Of a stretch of DNA of 64,000 nucleotides, positions 25,710-38,659 are shown piece after piece. The position numbers and the translations under genes are program-made. The notes under the pieces were generated by a model. It searched no databases and had not been told where the DNA came from. It saw only the letters and a list, made by a program, of their open reading frames with translations. How positions within the stretch are numbered: the stretch's first letter is position 1; every line of letters starts with the position of its first letter. Origin of the DNA: Paragordius varius (lineage: Eukaryota > Animalia > Nematomorpha); contig OZ176051.1 in the NCBI GenBank assembly GCA_964247055.1, forward strand, positions 14,446,001 through 14,510,000. The letters are read 5' to 3'.

Positions 25710-28525
25710 TTTTATGCGTTCTTTTGTAATTTTATTTATTTATTATAAAAAGTAGATGATAGTTAATAAATGTTTATATGCTTTGTGATTATATAAAATT
25801 ATACCATATTGTATAATTATTGTAAATAAAAACGTTCATAGGTTCAAATGCTTTATTGCAAATCGAAAAAAATTAAAAGAGTATGATTTTTTCGCTCTCA
25901 TGAATTGACTTTGTAGACACAATGTGTCATTTTGTGTCAAAAATGTAGGATATTATTACTTTTTGCAATAATTCTAGTAACCGAAAAATTATGCAGTCGG
26001 CCTTTTTAAATAGATATTTCATTATATAATTTATATTTTAAATGACTAAGACTTTGATTCATAGATTACACTAATTAAAATATTATTATTTCATAATTTC
26101 ATATAAAAAATATTTATTTTATATATTATATCAATAATGGATTGGGATTTTAGAAATGCGATTTAACTAAAATTTTGCACAAAAATGCTTTTCACACACT
26201 GGCTTTATAACCTTTGTTAACACATGTTATTAACTAGTTCGATATCTCATAATGAAATAAATATGATTTTATATACTTTTGATTTTATTTTAACAAATCT
26301 AATTTATACATTTTTAACACTTTACTTTAATATGTCAAAGTTATTGTATAAATGATCATTTAAATATTTCACTATTACCCATGTATGAACAAAGTTTTAG
26401 CTATTGATTACATACATTTATAAAACAACTGAGTGCTTAAAACATTTTTAGATATTTCGGCTTCAAATATTGTTTTAGTTATGCAATCTCACCATTTTGG
26501 GTTTATTTTAGAAGAGAAGGTCAATGTTTGTGCCGGATACCCTATGAAAAGGTGCTGAATTAATTATAAATTTTTTATGCATTTAATTTTGACAAATATA
26601 TCTAAATTATGTTTACATTAATTAAATAGGGTGTGTTAAAATGTTTTTCACGTTTTTAAAATATAAATTTTTATATGTATCAATATAAATATTTTTAATT
26701 ACTAATAAAAAAAATTAGTATTAAATTTTAGAATTTCGATATAAATTAAATATTTTAAAGCAATGACTCAAACCGTAGCTTATCCGCTTTATTTTGATAA
26801 AAATTAGTTTCATATTTTTTTCAAAAAATATTTTTTTGATACCATTATGTGGCATATATTAATAATTATTATAGAAATCGGCATTTTTGTGTTTAATTTA
26901 ATAAAACTAGCCCATTTTAAGGTCTAATTTTGATATTTTTAACCTTTGCATAAATAATTCTTATCCTAACAAAAATTGTATATTATTTCAATGCATATAC
27001 CTCTATGCCTTTAGTAATTATGTGTGAATTTGATATTAAACAATAAACCTACTTTAAACTTAATATCGACAATAAAAGTGATTTTATATATATGTTTAAT
27101 TATTGTTTTAAAATTTGGAATTATCAAAACATTAGGATGAATATATTTTCTGATTTTTTGCGGGTCGCAAAAGGAATTATGGAGAGCTGTGTAATCGGTA
27201 TATAAATTGATAGACTAAATTGACTATTTGATAACAAACTTGTATTAAAGCAGGTATTTTTACGAGAGATTTGGGGTTCTCATCAATTTTTTCGTCTATT
27301 TGTCTAAATAAAATTAGGCAAGATAATAATTATTATTATTACGATGTGTACAGTAAAAATACTCAGACAAAAGACTAAATTATTCTTTTTTAATCTTTTT
27401 TGTCTTTATTAACTATACAATTACAATATATATATATATATATATATAATAATTGAGTGCGTAAACATTTTTCTTCTCTATTGCAGCTAAAACGATAAGT
27501 TATATCTAACTCAAAGTCCAAAAACTATGGTTTACTCATTATAAATATTCTGTAAGTTATTATGTTTTATGTATACAGTTTTTACTGCATATTTAATGGT
27601 TTGCATGTTTAAAAAAATGAAGAGTTACGCACAAATACGGTTGACAGTTTTAATTCTATTTTTCGATATGATAAAAATGTGAGAAAATATTAAACAAATA
27701 AAAACTGGACGCGATCTTAAGTAGCCATTAAAAGATATATAAATATATGGCAAAATTTTAAGTTATATTGGGAGAGTAATTTTTTTATATACGCTTTGAT
27801 TGAAATTGAGTTCAAGGATGATTACCAATTTAAATATTACAGATTTTATTAATTTTTAAGTCATATAAGTGTGTAAATTATAATTAGATATTTTAACAAA
27901 TATTGTAAATGTATATTCTTAAAATGATTATATAATGATAGGATTTATCTTTAGGGAATTAAAATCTTCTAGTTTGGGATTTAATTTTATATTGACCCAT
28001 AATAATTTTAATTTTTACGTGTAAGAATAAAGCAATGAATATCCTTTTATGATTATTTTTGATAAATTAAGGACACTAATGTTTACTTCATATGAGGTAG
28101 ATTATTTAATAAGATGTAAATTATATATCATCCACGCAAAATCTTAGTAAATATTTAGGATAGGCAGTCACTTACGAACCTTGCCAATAATTTATTATAT
28201 TATCAGAGTCAGTATATGTGCACGCGGTTCTTGACATAAACATGTGGAAAATTGAAAATATTGAATAAAATATAATCGCATGTATTAATATAATTATTTA
28301 ATGCAGCCTTTAAGCGATTTGTCTTATCTTTCATATATAAAAATTAAACGAATATGGATTTTAATGAGAAACCGATTAATTTGAAAATGCCCACCTGATA
28401 ATTTATTCACGACGGTTAGAACGCCAATATAAATCGCAAAAACTTGTTAACTTTTATAATCATATTATTTCATTTATTTTTAAGTAAATCAAAACCTAAA
28501 CTTTGGGCTTAAAGAATCAATTTAA

Positions 28526-28752
28526 TTATCTGGTATCCTTTGGTCTAATAAATAATTTGTATTGATTATTAACGATTCCGAGATAATCTCCGGCCGATAA
28601 CAGCAAATTTCTACAACCATCCGCACTACATTCAACTGTATAACGGTACTGATATTTTGCAATAAACAGGGTCATTCTTGTGCTATATTGATTTGGCAGA
28701 AGGTAAGGTTTGATTTGCTCCCATGTGCTTGCATTATCGTTCCATTCAATAT
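28526..28752 (-). CDS. Gene B terminal exon (not in the ORF track)
   Basis: Acceptor CATTTAG|AT, phase 1. My translation DIEWNDNASTWEQIKPYLLPNQYSTRMTLFIAKYQYRYTVECSADGCRNLLLSAGDYLGIVNNQYKLFIRPKDTR* aligns end to end with gene A exon 4. Confidence 0.85.
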
Positions 28753-30069
28753 CTAAATGGGTTTGTACACAAATTATATTTAAACACTAACAAATACTTT
28801 AATTCTAAGGTGATAAATGTATAGCGTCATTATACACAAATTTTTTCATAAGATCTGAACCATACTCTAAAATGCTATATGTTACGATTCAGTGAAATTC
28901 TGCAAATTTTAAACAAAATGTGCATTTTGGATGTCATTAACTTGCATACCTAAAAAACTATCGTGAAATCTCGGGAACTTTTCGTTTAATTTAAGAAAAC
29001 TGGGCCATTTTAATGCCAGAAATGGGAGACTTTGAACCATAACTTTTAACATATTGTTTGGGTTTTGTAATATGGTTTTTGATGTATTTTTATAATATTT
29101 ATAAAAATAAAGTATTTAGTTATCACGAAAGACTTAAGCATAATGTGGGCAAATTTTGCAATTTTAATCCGGTTAATTCCCGATTTAGTGCACTAAATAA
29201 TAAATATTGGCTGAAAAATCAAATTTTATAATTTTATAATTTCTAGAGTTTTAAATTGGAATAGCTTTTAGAAATTCAGTCAAACTCACACTTTATTAAA
29301 AATAACCAATATATGTCTTCAAATATATTTGGCGAAATTTTGATATAATGGAAGCTTATTGTTTAAGGATTTTGCTTAACATCCCATAAAATCCCTATTT
29401 TGTTTGGCTAAAGCTCATGGTTTTGAGATATAAAATGTTTAACAGGTAAAATACTAAATGAACGAGATTATTAAAACATATCATTTATTAATGCGTGTTT
29501 AATTTTTAAAGTTTTAAATATTAGAATCATAACATTAATTTTTAGATAAAACTTATGGCACAAACGGGATAATTATTGGAATTTTAATTTATGCCCCTGT
29601 GGCCAAAGTCTATGCATTTTGTGTTATGGTAATTTCTATTAACAATGTCTGTAGCTAATATTACATTTTAATTATTTATATTTTTGCCAAAATCAAAAGC
29701 TTCCTCTAAAGACCAAATGGTGTTGTTTTGTTAGCAAAGAAAAAATTATCTATTTTCATTCATAAAATATGCGGTTGGAAGTGTCATTTTTTCTATGATG
29801 TAAAAGGAATTAATTTGCTTCACATGTAATAAAACTATCGCTTGCTTAAGTCTGACACTACAGGGTAAGCATACCTTACACAGAGTACTAGTTACATAGA
29901 ATATCCAATAACATAAAATATGATGTGAACAATCTTGTAAAAGAGATGCGAAGATGCCCACATAAAAATGACATTCCTTCACCCAAACATGTTACCCGTA
30001 AAGGAACTCATTTACATGGGAAATAATGCAAAAAAATTTAACATTACACGCCTATAAAGTTATAAATAC

Positions 30070-30327
30070 CTTTAGATTTAAATTTGCACTCCTGAGGTTC
30101 TAAAGTGATTTGGTGAAGGGAATTGGATTTTTTCACGTATATTTTGTTGAATTTGGCTATATATGTTCTAGGGCCACTTATTATTAGACTATTTTTATCC
30201 ATGTAAGCCTCTAATTTTGTCAATGGTTCATAAGAAGAACCGAGCAGTTCAATGTCTTTCACATTCCATCCAAGTGTTGAGAAACTCACAGTTTCTTCAC
30301 ATTGATAATATTTGCGAACACTTTTGG
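30070..30327 (-). CDS. Gene B exon homologous to gene A exon 3
   Basis: Acceptor TTGTTCAG|CC, donor AAAG|GTATTT, 258 nt, phase 1-1. AKSVRKYYQCEETVSFSTLGWNVKDIELLG...QECKFKSK. Confidence 0.85.
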
Positions 30328-30589
30328 CTGAACAAAAATAATATTTTATTATACCTATTATATTTCTATGAAATAAAAAACAATTATTTAATTATATAGT
30401 AAAAAATTTAACAATATCTATTATATTGTGGTATTAATTTACACAGCTTACTTAAAGTCACGATTGTTCTATTAGGCAATGGGCTGAAATTTCCAGTAGA
30501 TTTGTCCTTTATTTCTAAAATTTCAATCATATATCATTAACAATGCAATCAATTAGATGTTTAATAATATTTTTATTAATAAAATAAAC

Positions 30590-31093
30590 CATTAAGCAGT
30601 ATAATCCATGGATAGTATTTGTTTTGATTGACATCGAGAAAGATAATATCATTATCGATCACTGTTCTATTGATTCGGATTGAACCGTTGGATGTTTGCA
30701 AAATCCCTTTTTTATTAGATAGAACGAATTGACACGTTTTGGCCAAACTTGGATTATCAAATAGATTTGAACATTCTTGCTGATAAATCAATCGCCCATT
30801 GTAAGTTTTATAATTCCGAAAAGTGTGGCCCACTATTGACACGATTTTGATTTTTTTCCCATTTATTGTTACGGTTAAGAATCCGGCATTATCAAATATA
30901 CCAGTTATAAAAAAAGTCAATTTCGTTTTTCCTGTTACATTAAATGGAACTTGTTTTCCATATTTGGTTGTTATTTGGATGTTAATTGGTGTTTGGGATT
31001 TATTATCAGATTGCCAATATTTATCTATGTCGAAATGGCATTCTTTAATATGATTTGGTCTTACGCGTACGATATCTTTATAATCTGCATATT
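30590..31093 (-). CDS. Gene B exon homologous to gene A exon 2
   Basis: Acceptors at 31094 or 31085, donor AATG|GTTTAT, phase 1-1. Three Cys conserved with gene A. Confidence 0.85.
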
Positions 31094-32677
31094 CTAATAA
31101 GCAAAATGTAAAATAAAGAAAAGTTGCTGAAATTAATATTAAAAAAAGTCTCATACACAGTAAAATAGAAATATTAAATACAAGCCTTATAACTGAAGGC
31201 AAAAATATGAAAATAACCTTATTTTTAACTTTGATTTGTTTATAATATAAAATGTCATTTTAGGCTGCAAGGATACATAATCGGTAGTATCCTAGGTAGT
31301 TGACTGTCAACATGTTACATAGTGTGTTAAATTTCTGGTCAAATATATGGTATTTTTGGTAATTTTCGATAATGCAACTTAAGCTTTCAAATCCAAAAAA
31401 TGCAGAAAAATGAATTTAAAAAAATTGATTAGTCATTTATGACTATTTATTAATCAATAGTTATGAATTGATAATAGCATATATAAATAATTATGTGTTT
31501 CAATAATACTCTATGCTTATTAAGTAAAGTTTTACTAAAATCGTTAGAATTTGATGGGGCAATTAAAAAAGTAAAAATTTAATTAAAATATCAGTTCCAA
31601 ACCCTTATCTTTTGAACTAATATTTGTTAATTAAATACAGTCGTTAATTAATATGGAAAACAATGTTACATATAGTTTTATGCGGTATCAACCATATCAT
31701 TCCATTTAAAACAATTAATTTCGCTATCATGTTTAAAAAAAACAATAAGGTAAATGTGCAAAAACTAAGGTTAGATAATTAATATTAAGTTTATTTTCAA
31801 ATATATAATTTTAGAATTTTATAAATGCTTTCAAACTCTTACATATCAAACGTTTTACTTAATATATATTAAAGTTTTTAGACACGAGCTAAATTATTTT
31901 TTTACCAATATGTATCGATTTGAGATTTAGCTATTTTGCATAAATTAAATAGCGGAAATACGCTGGACTGCTTAAACAGTTTCTTTTCTCATATATGTAA
32001 ACTGATAATTAATTATCTTTTACCAAAAAATATAATTATATTATTTTTACCCTAATTTGAAACCCATTGAAATATTTTCTCAGCCAAATTAGACATATTT
32101 TAATAATTTATAATTGAATTATTTTCTATCATATATAACACGTTTTTGGTGTAACTCAATTTTATTCACTGTGTGCAAAATGTTTTTAACAATATATTTT
32201 TTCATTAGAGCTTATGACCAGCGATTTGCTATAGGAGATTTCATTTGTTTACGACTTAGTTTTTGAAAATATTGAGAGATCGAAATTGGGCAAAAAGTGA
32301 AAATGAAGAATAATTAAGCATAATTAGGGGATATTTCCAATATATAAATAAATAACCTAAAATCTTATAGTTAGGGTTTTTCTCAAACATAAAATTGTTC
32401 CTTTATAACATGTTGAATACACACAAAATTTAACAAAATACATTTTAATATTAAAATAACATTCATATTTCATACAGTAAAAATAACTTATTTATCAAAT
32501 AAAGTTAATAAAATACTGTTTTTAAATTATATTAATATATCTTAAAAACAAACTTATTACTGGGTTTTGTACGGATTCAGCACTTGTAAATCCTTTTTTA
32601 CTAATTTACATACTTTAAATTGAAAAATTAATATTAACTTTATTTGATAAATAAGTAATTTTTTATTGTATAAATTA

Positions 32678-33043
32678 CACTGCTCAACAAGGTTTTGCAC
32701 CATCCCATTATTTTTTCATTTTCTGATACCTAATGGCATGGAAAGACCAAAACAAAAAAGAAAATTGAGGCCACCAATAGGAATCTTCCGAAATTTAATT
32801 TCTAAATTTGTATTTAATTTAAAAATAACAATCATTCCTCGTATACATATGTTTAAATATTCAAACGAACAAGTCGATACAAGTAATAATCCATGCATGA
32901 ATAACAAAATTCTAGGCATTAAATAAGATACTAAACAAGCTAAGAGCCAAAGTATTAAAAATCTAAAAGGGGCTCATGTATAGTGTGATAGATCCGGAGG
33001 GCTGAACAAGCTTTGCATATCCCCCAAGCGATCCAATTATGCC
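32678..33043 (+). mobile_element. Tc1/mariner-type non-autonomous element, left part, interrupted by the hAT terminus at 33044
   Basis: TA|CACTGCTCAACAAGG start; near-identical to 58400-58763 up to CCAATTATGCC, where the 58-kb copy continues uninterrupted. Confidence 0.7.
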
Positions 33044-36000
33044 TAAGGTGACCAGATTTATTGAAGGAAAAAGCGGGACAAATCTGAGAAGGGGATGGGT
33101 CATTGGGGGGTACAACCAAAAATTTTCATACAAAAAATTTATTGTAATATTTATTTATTTTTAACACAAATACATTATAAATATAAAAAAATTTGTACCT
33201 TACAAGTTGTTTGTACCTTATTCAATAAATTTAGTGCACGAACAAAGGGTGAAGTGATTGTAATATTCTAGAAAAAAATAATAAAGACGAAATCATCACA
33301 AAGTGCGCTGGGTGATGCAAGAAGCGGCACAAAAAATATTTTTAACAATTTAGCGAATAATCTTAATCAAAACTATTAAATATACAACGCTATTCAAACA
33401 GCTATTGATTTGTTACCCCTGGATTTGGAAAATATAGATGTTAAAATGCTTGGATATTGTAGAACTGTTGGTTAGCTCTTTTGCCAGCGATTGAAATATT
33501 TATAAAAATGTGATCTCCCCTATTTTTTATCACAGGACTAAGGTCAAAATTCCAAGTCAAAAAAGGTTAGAAAATAAATTTATACCATTACCTAATCGCA
33601 ATATTATAAAGCATCCAGAAAAACAAGGCTCAATGAATGGCCAGAAAATAAAAATGTTTTATACAAACAAAAACGATTATTTGGAAGACAAGACGGTGCA
33701 CAATGATACTTTTTAATGAAGTCTCATTATTAAATAAATATATTGAATGAAAACTTATATTATGGACAACAGATAAAAATACGTAGGATAGAAATGGTTA
33801 AAATAATCATTTTTAAACAAATTATGTTCCATACAATATTATTTTAATTGTAGAATTTGCATTATCTTTACCTGAACCACTGCTATTGAATGCGTTTTTC
33901 CACAGCAAATTAAGTAAGGACACGAAATCAAATTTAAATGTTGAATAAAAGCCATTTTATGTGTTCAAATATAATTTGACAAATTATGAAGACTTTTATT
34001 TTTTAACATAAAACTTTATAATAAGAAAATATTTTATTCTTTGGTATATTTTTTGTTTGAGTGAATGATTTTAGCAGATTGTCATCATTTTTTAAAATAT
34101 TGTAGAAGTCTTCACAAGAATTTGTCAAATTATATTTGACAGATAAAACGACGGCCTTTAAAGTTTCAACATTTAAATTTGATTTTTCCGATGTCCACAC
34201 CTGATTTACTGTGGAAAAAACGCGCTCAGTAGCAGCGTTGGTTCCAGGTAAAGATAGTGCGAATTCCACAATTTGTAAAATATTATTGTATGTAATATAG
34301 TTGGCTTCAAAATGATGAAATATTTCCAACCATTTCTTTTCTACTGTATATTTTCTTTTGTCCATAATTTAAGTTTTTCATTATTAATATATCTTTTAAC
34401 TGATACTTTAGAAAAAAGATAATTTTCTGAAAGATTACTTTTTGATAATTTTTGGGAGCAGATATAATCAAATGATTTTGAACATCGCACCAATTAAATT
34501 CTGATTTTAATGTTATCCAATGAAAATGATCAATTTCATTGAATTGCGTCGTCCAGTCTTCCAAATAATCTTTACAGTTTGTATAAAACATTTTTATGTG
34601 GTACAGGATATCTTGGCGATTTATTAAGCCTTGTTTTTCTAATTATTTATTATATTGCCGATGGTTAATGGTATAAAATTATTTTCTAACCGTTCTTGAC
34701 ATTGGAATTTTACGTTACTAACTTCATTGGCTACTTCGATTGTCGAAATTTTGTCACCTTCTATAAATTTAATAACATTTTGAAAGATAGAAGCTTGATT
34801 ATGTAAGAATTTTAACCATATTTTTGAACAATCACTTTCAAAAAACTTTTTTAGAATTGTAGGACATTTGTCCTGTGATAATAAAAAAGATTTTAAAGAA
34901 TCATACATAAATTCTTTCGATAGCTGGCATAAAAGCTAACCAACGAGTTTTACAATATCCAAGCATTTTTGATATTGAACTTCTGCATTTTCACAGAATT
35001 CTTTAAGCGTTTTAACACGTGTATATATAAAAATAGGAATATATTTTAACAACTACATTTTCCACATCTAGGGGTAACAAATCAGCAGCTGTTTGAATAG
35101 CGTTGTGTATTATATGTGCTGCACACCCAACGCCAATAATGTTTTGATTAAGATTATCTGTTAATTTATAAAAAATATTTTTTTGTTCCTCTCCTTGCTT
35201 TTCCACCAAAGTTCATATTGGTGTTGTCAGCGCAATATACGATAATTTTGAATTTTAAATTATTTTTTTGCATTATTGAAGTAAATATTATTTCGGAATT
35301 TTCACCGGGTAGGGAAATTAAATATAAAATTTTAATTTTTACTCCGGTTTCTGAATCAAAATATCTCATCAAAGTGGGAAATAATTTTGTTTCATGGTGA
35401 TTTGATGCATCAGAGTATAGCGATATGGAATTAATTTTCTGCAAATTTTTTTGTATTTCAGAAAATGCATGTGGCGAAAGGACATTGCACACAATGGCTT
35501 CAGCCTTTGTACGGGCACATGTAAATTTTTTATGGAATAACGTGCGAATAACCTATGAGGTACAGTCCATAGATCTAAAGGAATGATTGTGATTAACGGC
35601 GTGAAAAGATAACACGCCCTCAGCTAGTGCCAAATTCTTTTCTTCCTCTCCAAAAGCGCTTTTTCAAAAAAATCGCTCATTTTGTAAGATTATGCCGCCA
35701 TATCTAAACATTTTTTATGTTTCTGTGTTTCCATATGCTTTGTAATATCATGCTTGCCGCCATGTGCTAGGGTGAATTCCCCCTCGCATATAAGACATTT
35801 AACAAATGATTCATTCTTCGTTTTTTTAATAAAAGGAAAATCCTTCATTAATTCATCGTTGAATTTACAACCTCTTTTTGTGCTCATATTTATAAACTAC
35901 TATTAGTATAATAAATATTATATTACCTTAATTTTCTGTGATAAACGTGTAAGGTACCAATTTGTGGTATTAATTTGGCTTTTTAATAATGTTGGCAAGT

Positions 36001-36418
36001 AAAACTAAAATATTAGTATAATAAATATTATATTACCTTATTTTTGTGAAATAAACATGTAAGGTACCGATTTGTGGTATCAATTTGTCTTTTAATCTAG
36101 AGATTTGTGGTATTAACTTGGCTTTTTGATAATAATGACAGTAGTAGTAGGAAGTATAGTGTATAATCACATGATATAAATTCGAAAGAAATAAATATTT
36201 TTAATTTAAAATAAAAAAATTTAAATTAAAATTGAATAGATTTTAAAGATATTTAATGATAAAAAATTTAAACGGACAAAAAAAATTTATTTGTATTAAA
36301 AAAAATTTTTTTCTATATAATCGTGAAAAAGCGGGACATTTAAAAACGTAGCAGGAAGCGGGACAAAGTGTGAAAAAGCGGGACTGTCCCGCCAAAAGCG
36401 GGACGTCTGGTCACCTTA
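33044..36418 (-). mobile_element. hAT (Blackjack-like) composite: transposase-bearing copy plus an inverted compressed relative, bounded by TAAGGTGACCAGA termini
   Basis: TAAGGTGACCAGA at 33044 and its reverse complement ending at 36418; GCGGGAC subterminal repeats. No matching 8-bp TSD (ATTATGCC vs TACATACA). Blackjack assignment is from my recollection of the TIR style. Confidence 0.8.
34003..35887 (-). pseudogene. hAT transposase pseudogene
   Basis: BED-like finger (KCLIC...HGG..DITKH....KH), SLYSDASNH, CADNTNMNFGG, GCAAHIIHN and hATC motif LSLPGTNAATERVFS. Several stops and frameshifts. Confidence 0.92.
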
Positions 36419-37375
36419 TACATACATCACCATAATAAGTATTTATTATTGATACTATTTAATTTTATAGTATAGTAACAAATATTTCAAAGTTAATTTT
36501 CATTTTTTCGAATATATTTTATTAATAATATGTATTGGGACAAAATATCCATAAGTGGTATTTTGTGATATATTTAATGGTTTATCATGCCCTCTTATGA
36601 TAAAAATATATATTTAATCCTAATAATATTTAGGAAAAAATCTTTATTTAGTTATTTAGATTAATATACAAGAATGTCAAGAGAATATAAATAAACATTG
36701 TTAATATAATTGTTACGAAGTTTAAATCGGGTATATTTGCAGCGGTTAAAACTATAATTATAGCGCTAGTCAGGCAGTAATATATAAAATAAAATTTAAT
36801 ATTTTAACTATTGATGCATTTCGATGGAAATAACTACCGAGTGGAAATGGCCGTGTTCATATTATTCTCTTGAATGGCGTAACTCACCAATAAAGACTTC
36901 AAAGAGGCAATATGCCGGAAAAAGTTGGTTTCCTTATGAGATGAAAATTAGTAGAGTAAATTTTGTCCTGTTACATGCTTTTTAATATACAAAAAAGAAG
37001 ATATATATACATTCGAATCATAAATGTTTAAATAAATATGCGCGCCCAAAATTTATGATCATAATAATTATAAAGCATGAAATTGGTAAACCGATTTGTG
37101 CGAATATATATTATATTTTGATTCAAAATTATTCAAATCATTATAATTTAGCTTTAATGAATGAATTTATTAAAGTGAATATTTGAATACTACTTATCTT
37201 TGTCAAACAAAAAAGATAAAATATAAGCTAAATTAAAGTATAAACCAATAATATTAGATGATAAATGAGACTATAAAAATCGTTTTTATAATGTTATCAA
37301 AAAAATTGTAATGCAATTTAAATTGTTATTTCTTTTTCTCTGACCATTATATTTTGTTCATTGTTTATATAAATA

Positions 37376-38508
37376 CTAGCGTAAATCTCGTGCTGCTACG
37401 CAGCCCGAGGAAGTCCTTCGAACTTTTTTTTTGGGGGGGGGGGGGGGGGGGGGCTATTTGAAATAAGGGACAATAAAATGATCCACATATGTGGATTATT
37501 TGGAAACATTATTTAATAGATATGATCTTATAGGAATTTTAAAACGGTGCATTCATACTAATATGTTGTTTAATTGGGGGAAAATAGATTTAAAAAATTA
37601 TTTTTGTGGACTTTGTTTTTTGAAAAAAATGGCATTTTACGGGAGGATCGAGTAATAGGGCCTAAATTAAAAAAGCGAGATGACTATGTTCGGCGCAATC
37701 GTAAATAAGTAAACAAAAATCATATTTGAAATTGAATGATCCAATACCGTCTCAGAAAATGTCTCAAAGACACGTTTTTTGTGGACTTCTGTTTTCAAAA
37801 AAAAACCGTTTTTCACACGGGGTGGGCCCGAATTGGGGGCCTATTTTAAAAAAAGGGCGATATTGTTGAGACATTTATTAATTATTATATTTTTTCGATA
37901 TTTGGATTTGATTGGGTCTACCAGTTTTCCGGTACCAGATCAAGAAGTCAGCATTTTCCATTTCTATAATTATATAGATTACGATAAATAATGTTTTATT
38001 ATCTATGTATTTATTAACATCCTATACATATGATAGATACTCCTTACTCAGCAACTATCATTAAAGAAACGCTTGACTAAAATTTTTGCCTTTTAACAGG
38101 GAATACGAAAAATCCTTATTGAATTTTTACAGTCTCATACCTTGGGCAAAAAAATACAATCAAAAAATTATATTTGTGGACTGTTTTTTTTTGAAAAATA
38201 TAGCATTTTACGGGGGGTAGCGTGTAAAAAGAGAGCCTAAATTAAAAATATGAGACGACTATATTGGGCGTGATCAAAAATAAGTAAACAAAAATCATAT
38301 TTGAAATTAAATGGTACAACACGTAATCCGGAAAATTGGCCCAGCCCGTTTTTCCCGAACTGGGGGCCTAATTCAAAAAAAGGGCGAAGCTATTGTCGGG
38401 ACATTTATTAATGATTGTATTTTTTCGATATTTGGATTTGATTGGGTCTATTGGTTTTCCGGTACCAGATCACAAAGCCAGCATTTTCCATTTTTATAAA
38501 TATATAGA
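37376..38508 (-). mobile_element. Non-autonomous Helitron with two tandem 5' units (starting at 38508 and 37978) and one 3' end
   Basis: A|TCTATATA at both 38508 and 37978; GCTGC-GTA-GCAGC hairpin before CTAG|T at 37376. 5' units homologous to 22015-22330. Confidence 0.75.
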
Positions 38509-38659
38509 TTTTATTTAATATTCTTTTGTTCTATTCTTTATCAACAACTTCAGCATCCCAGTATATTTTATGTTAGCATTTTTAGGCATGATATAGCCAA
38601 ATCCTTTTCATTCTGCAGTTAGCAAAAATAAAACATTCAGCATAAACAATATCGAATAA

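Noticed and set aside
30217-31053. Plus-strand ORFs 30217-30399 and 30823-31053
   Set aside because: Antisense to gene B exons, which are supported by paralogy and splice sites.
32666-32926. Duplicated ORF (also 58436-58642) as a gene family; likewise 22389/22704 and 37779/38311
   Set aside because: Similarity comes from non-coding MITE or Helitron copies, and frames and lengths are not conserved.
33044-36418. A single intact autonomous hAT insertion
   Set aside because: The flanks do not form an 8-bp TSD, the transposase has stops and frameshifts, and the left 950 bp is an inverted relative also found alone at 11.4-12.3 kb.
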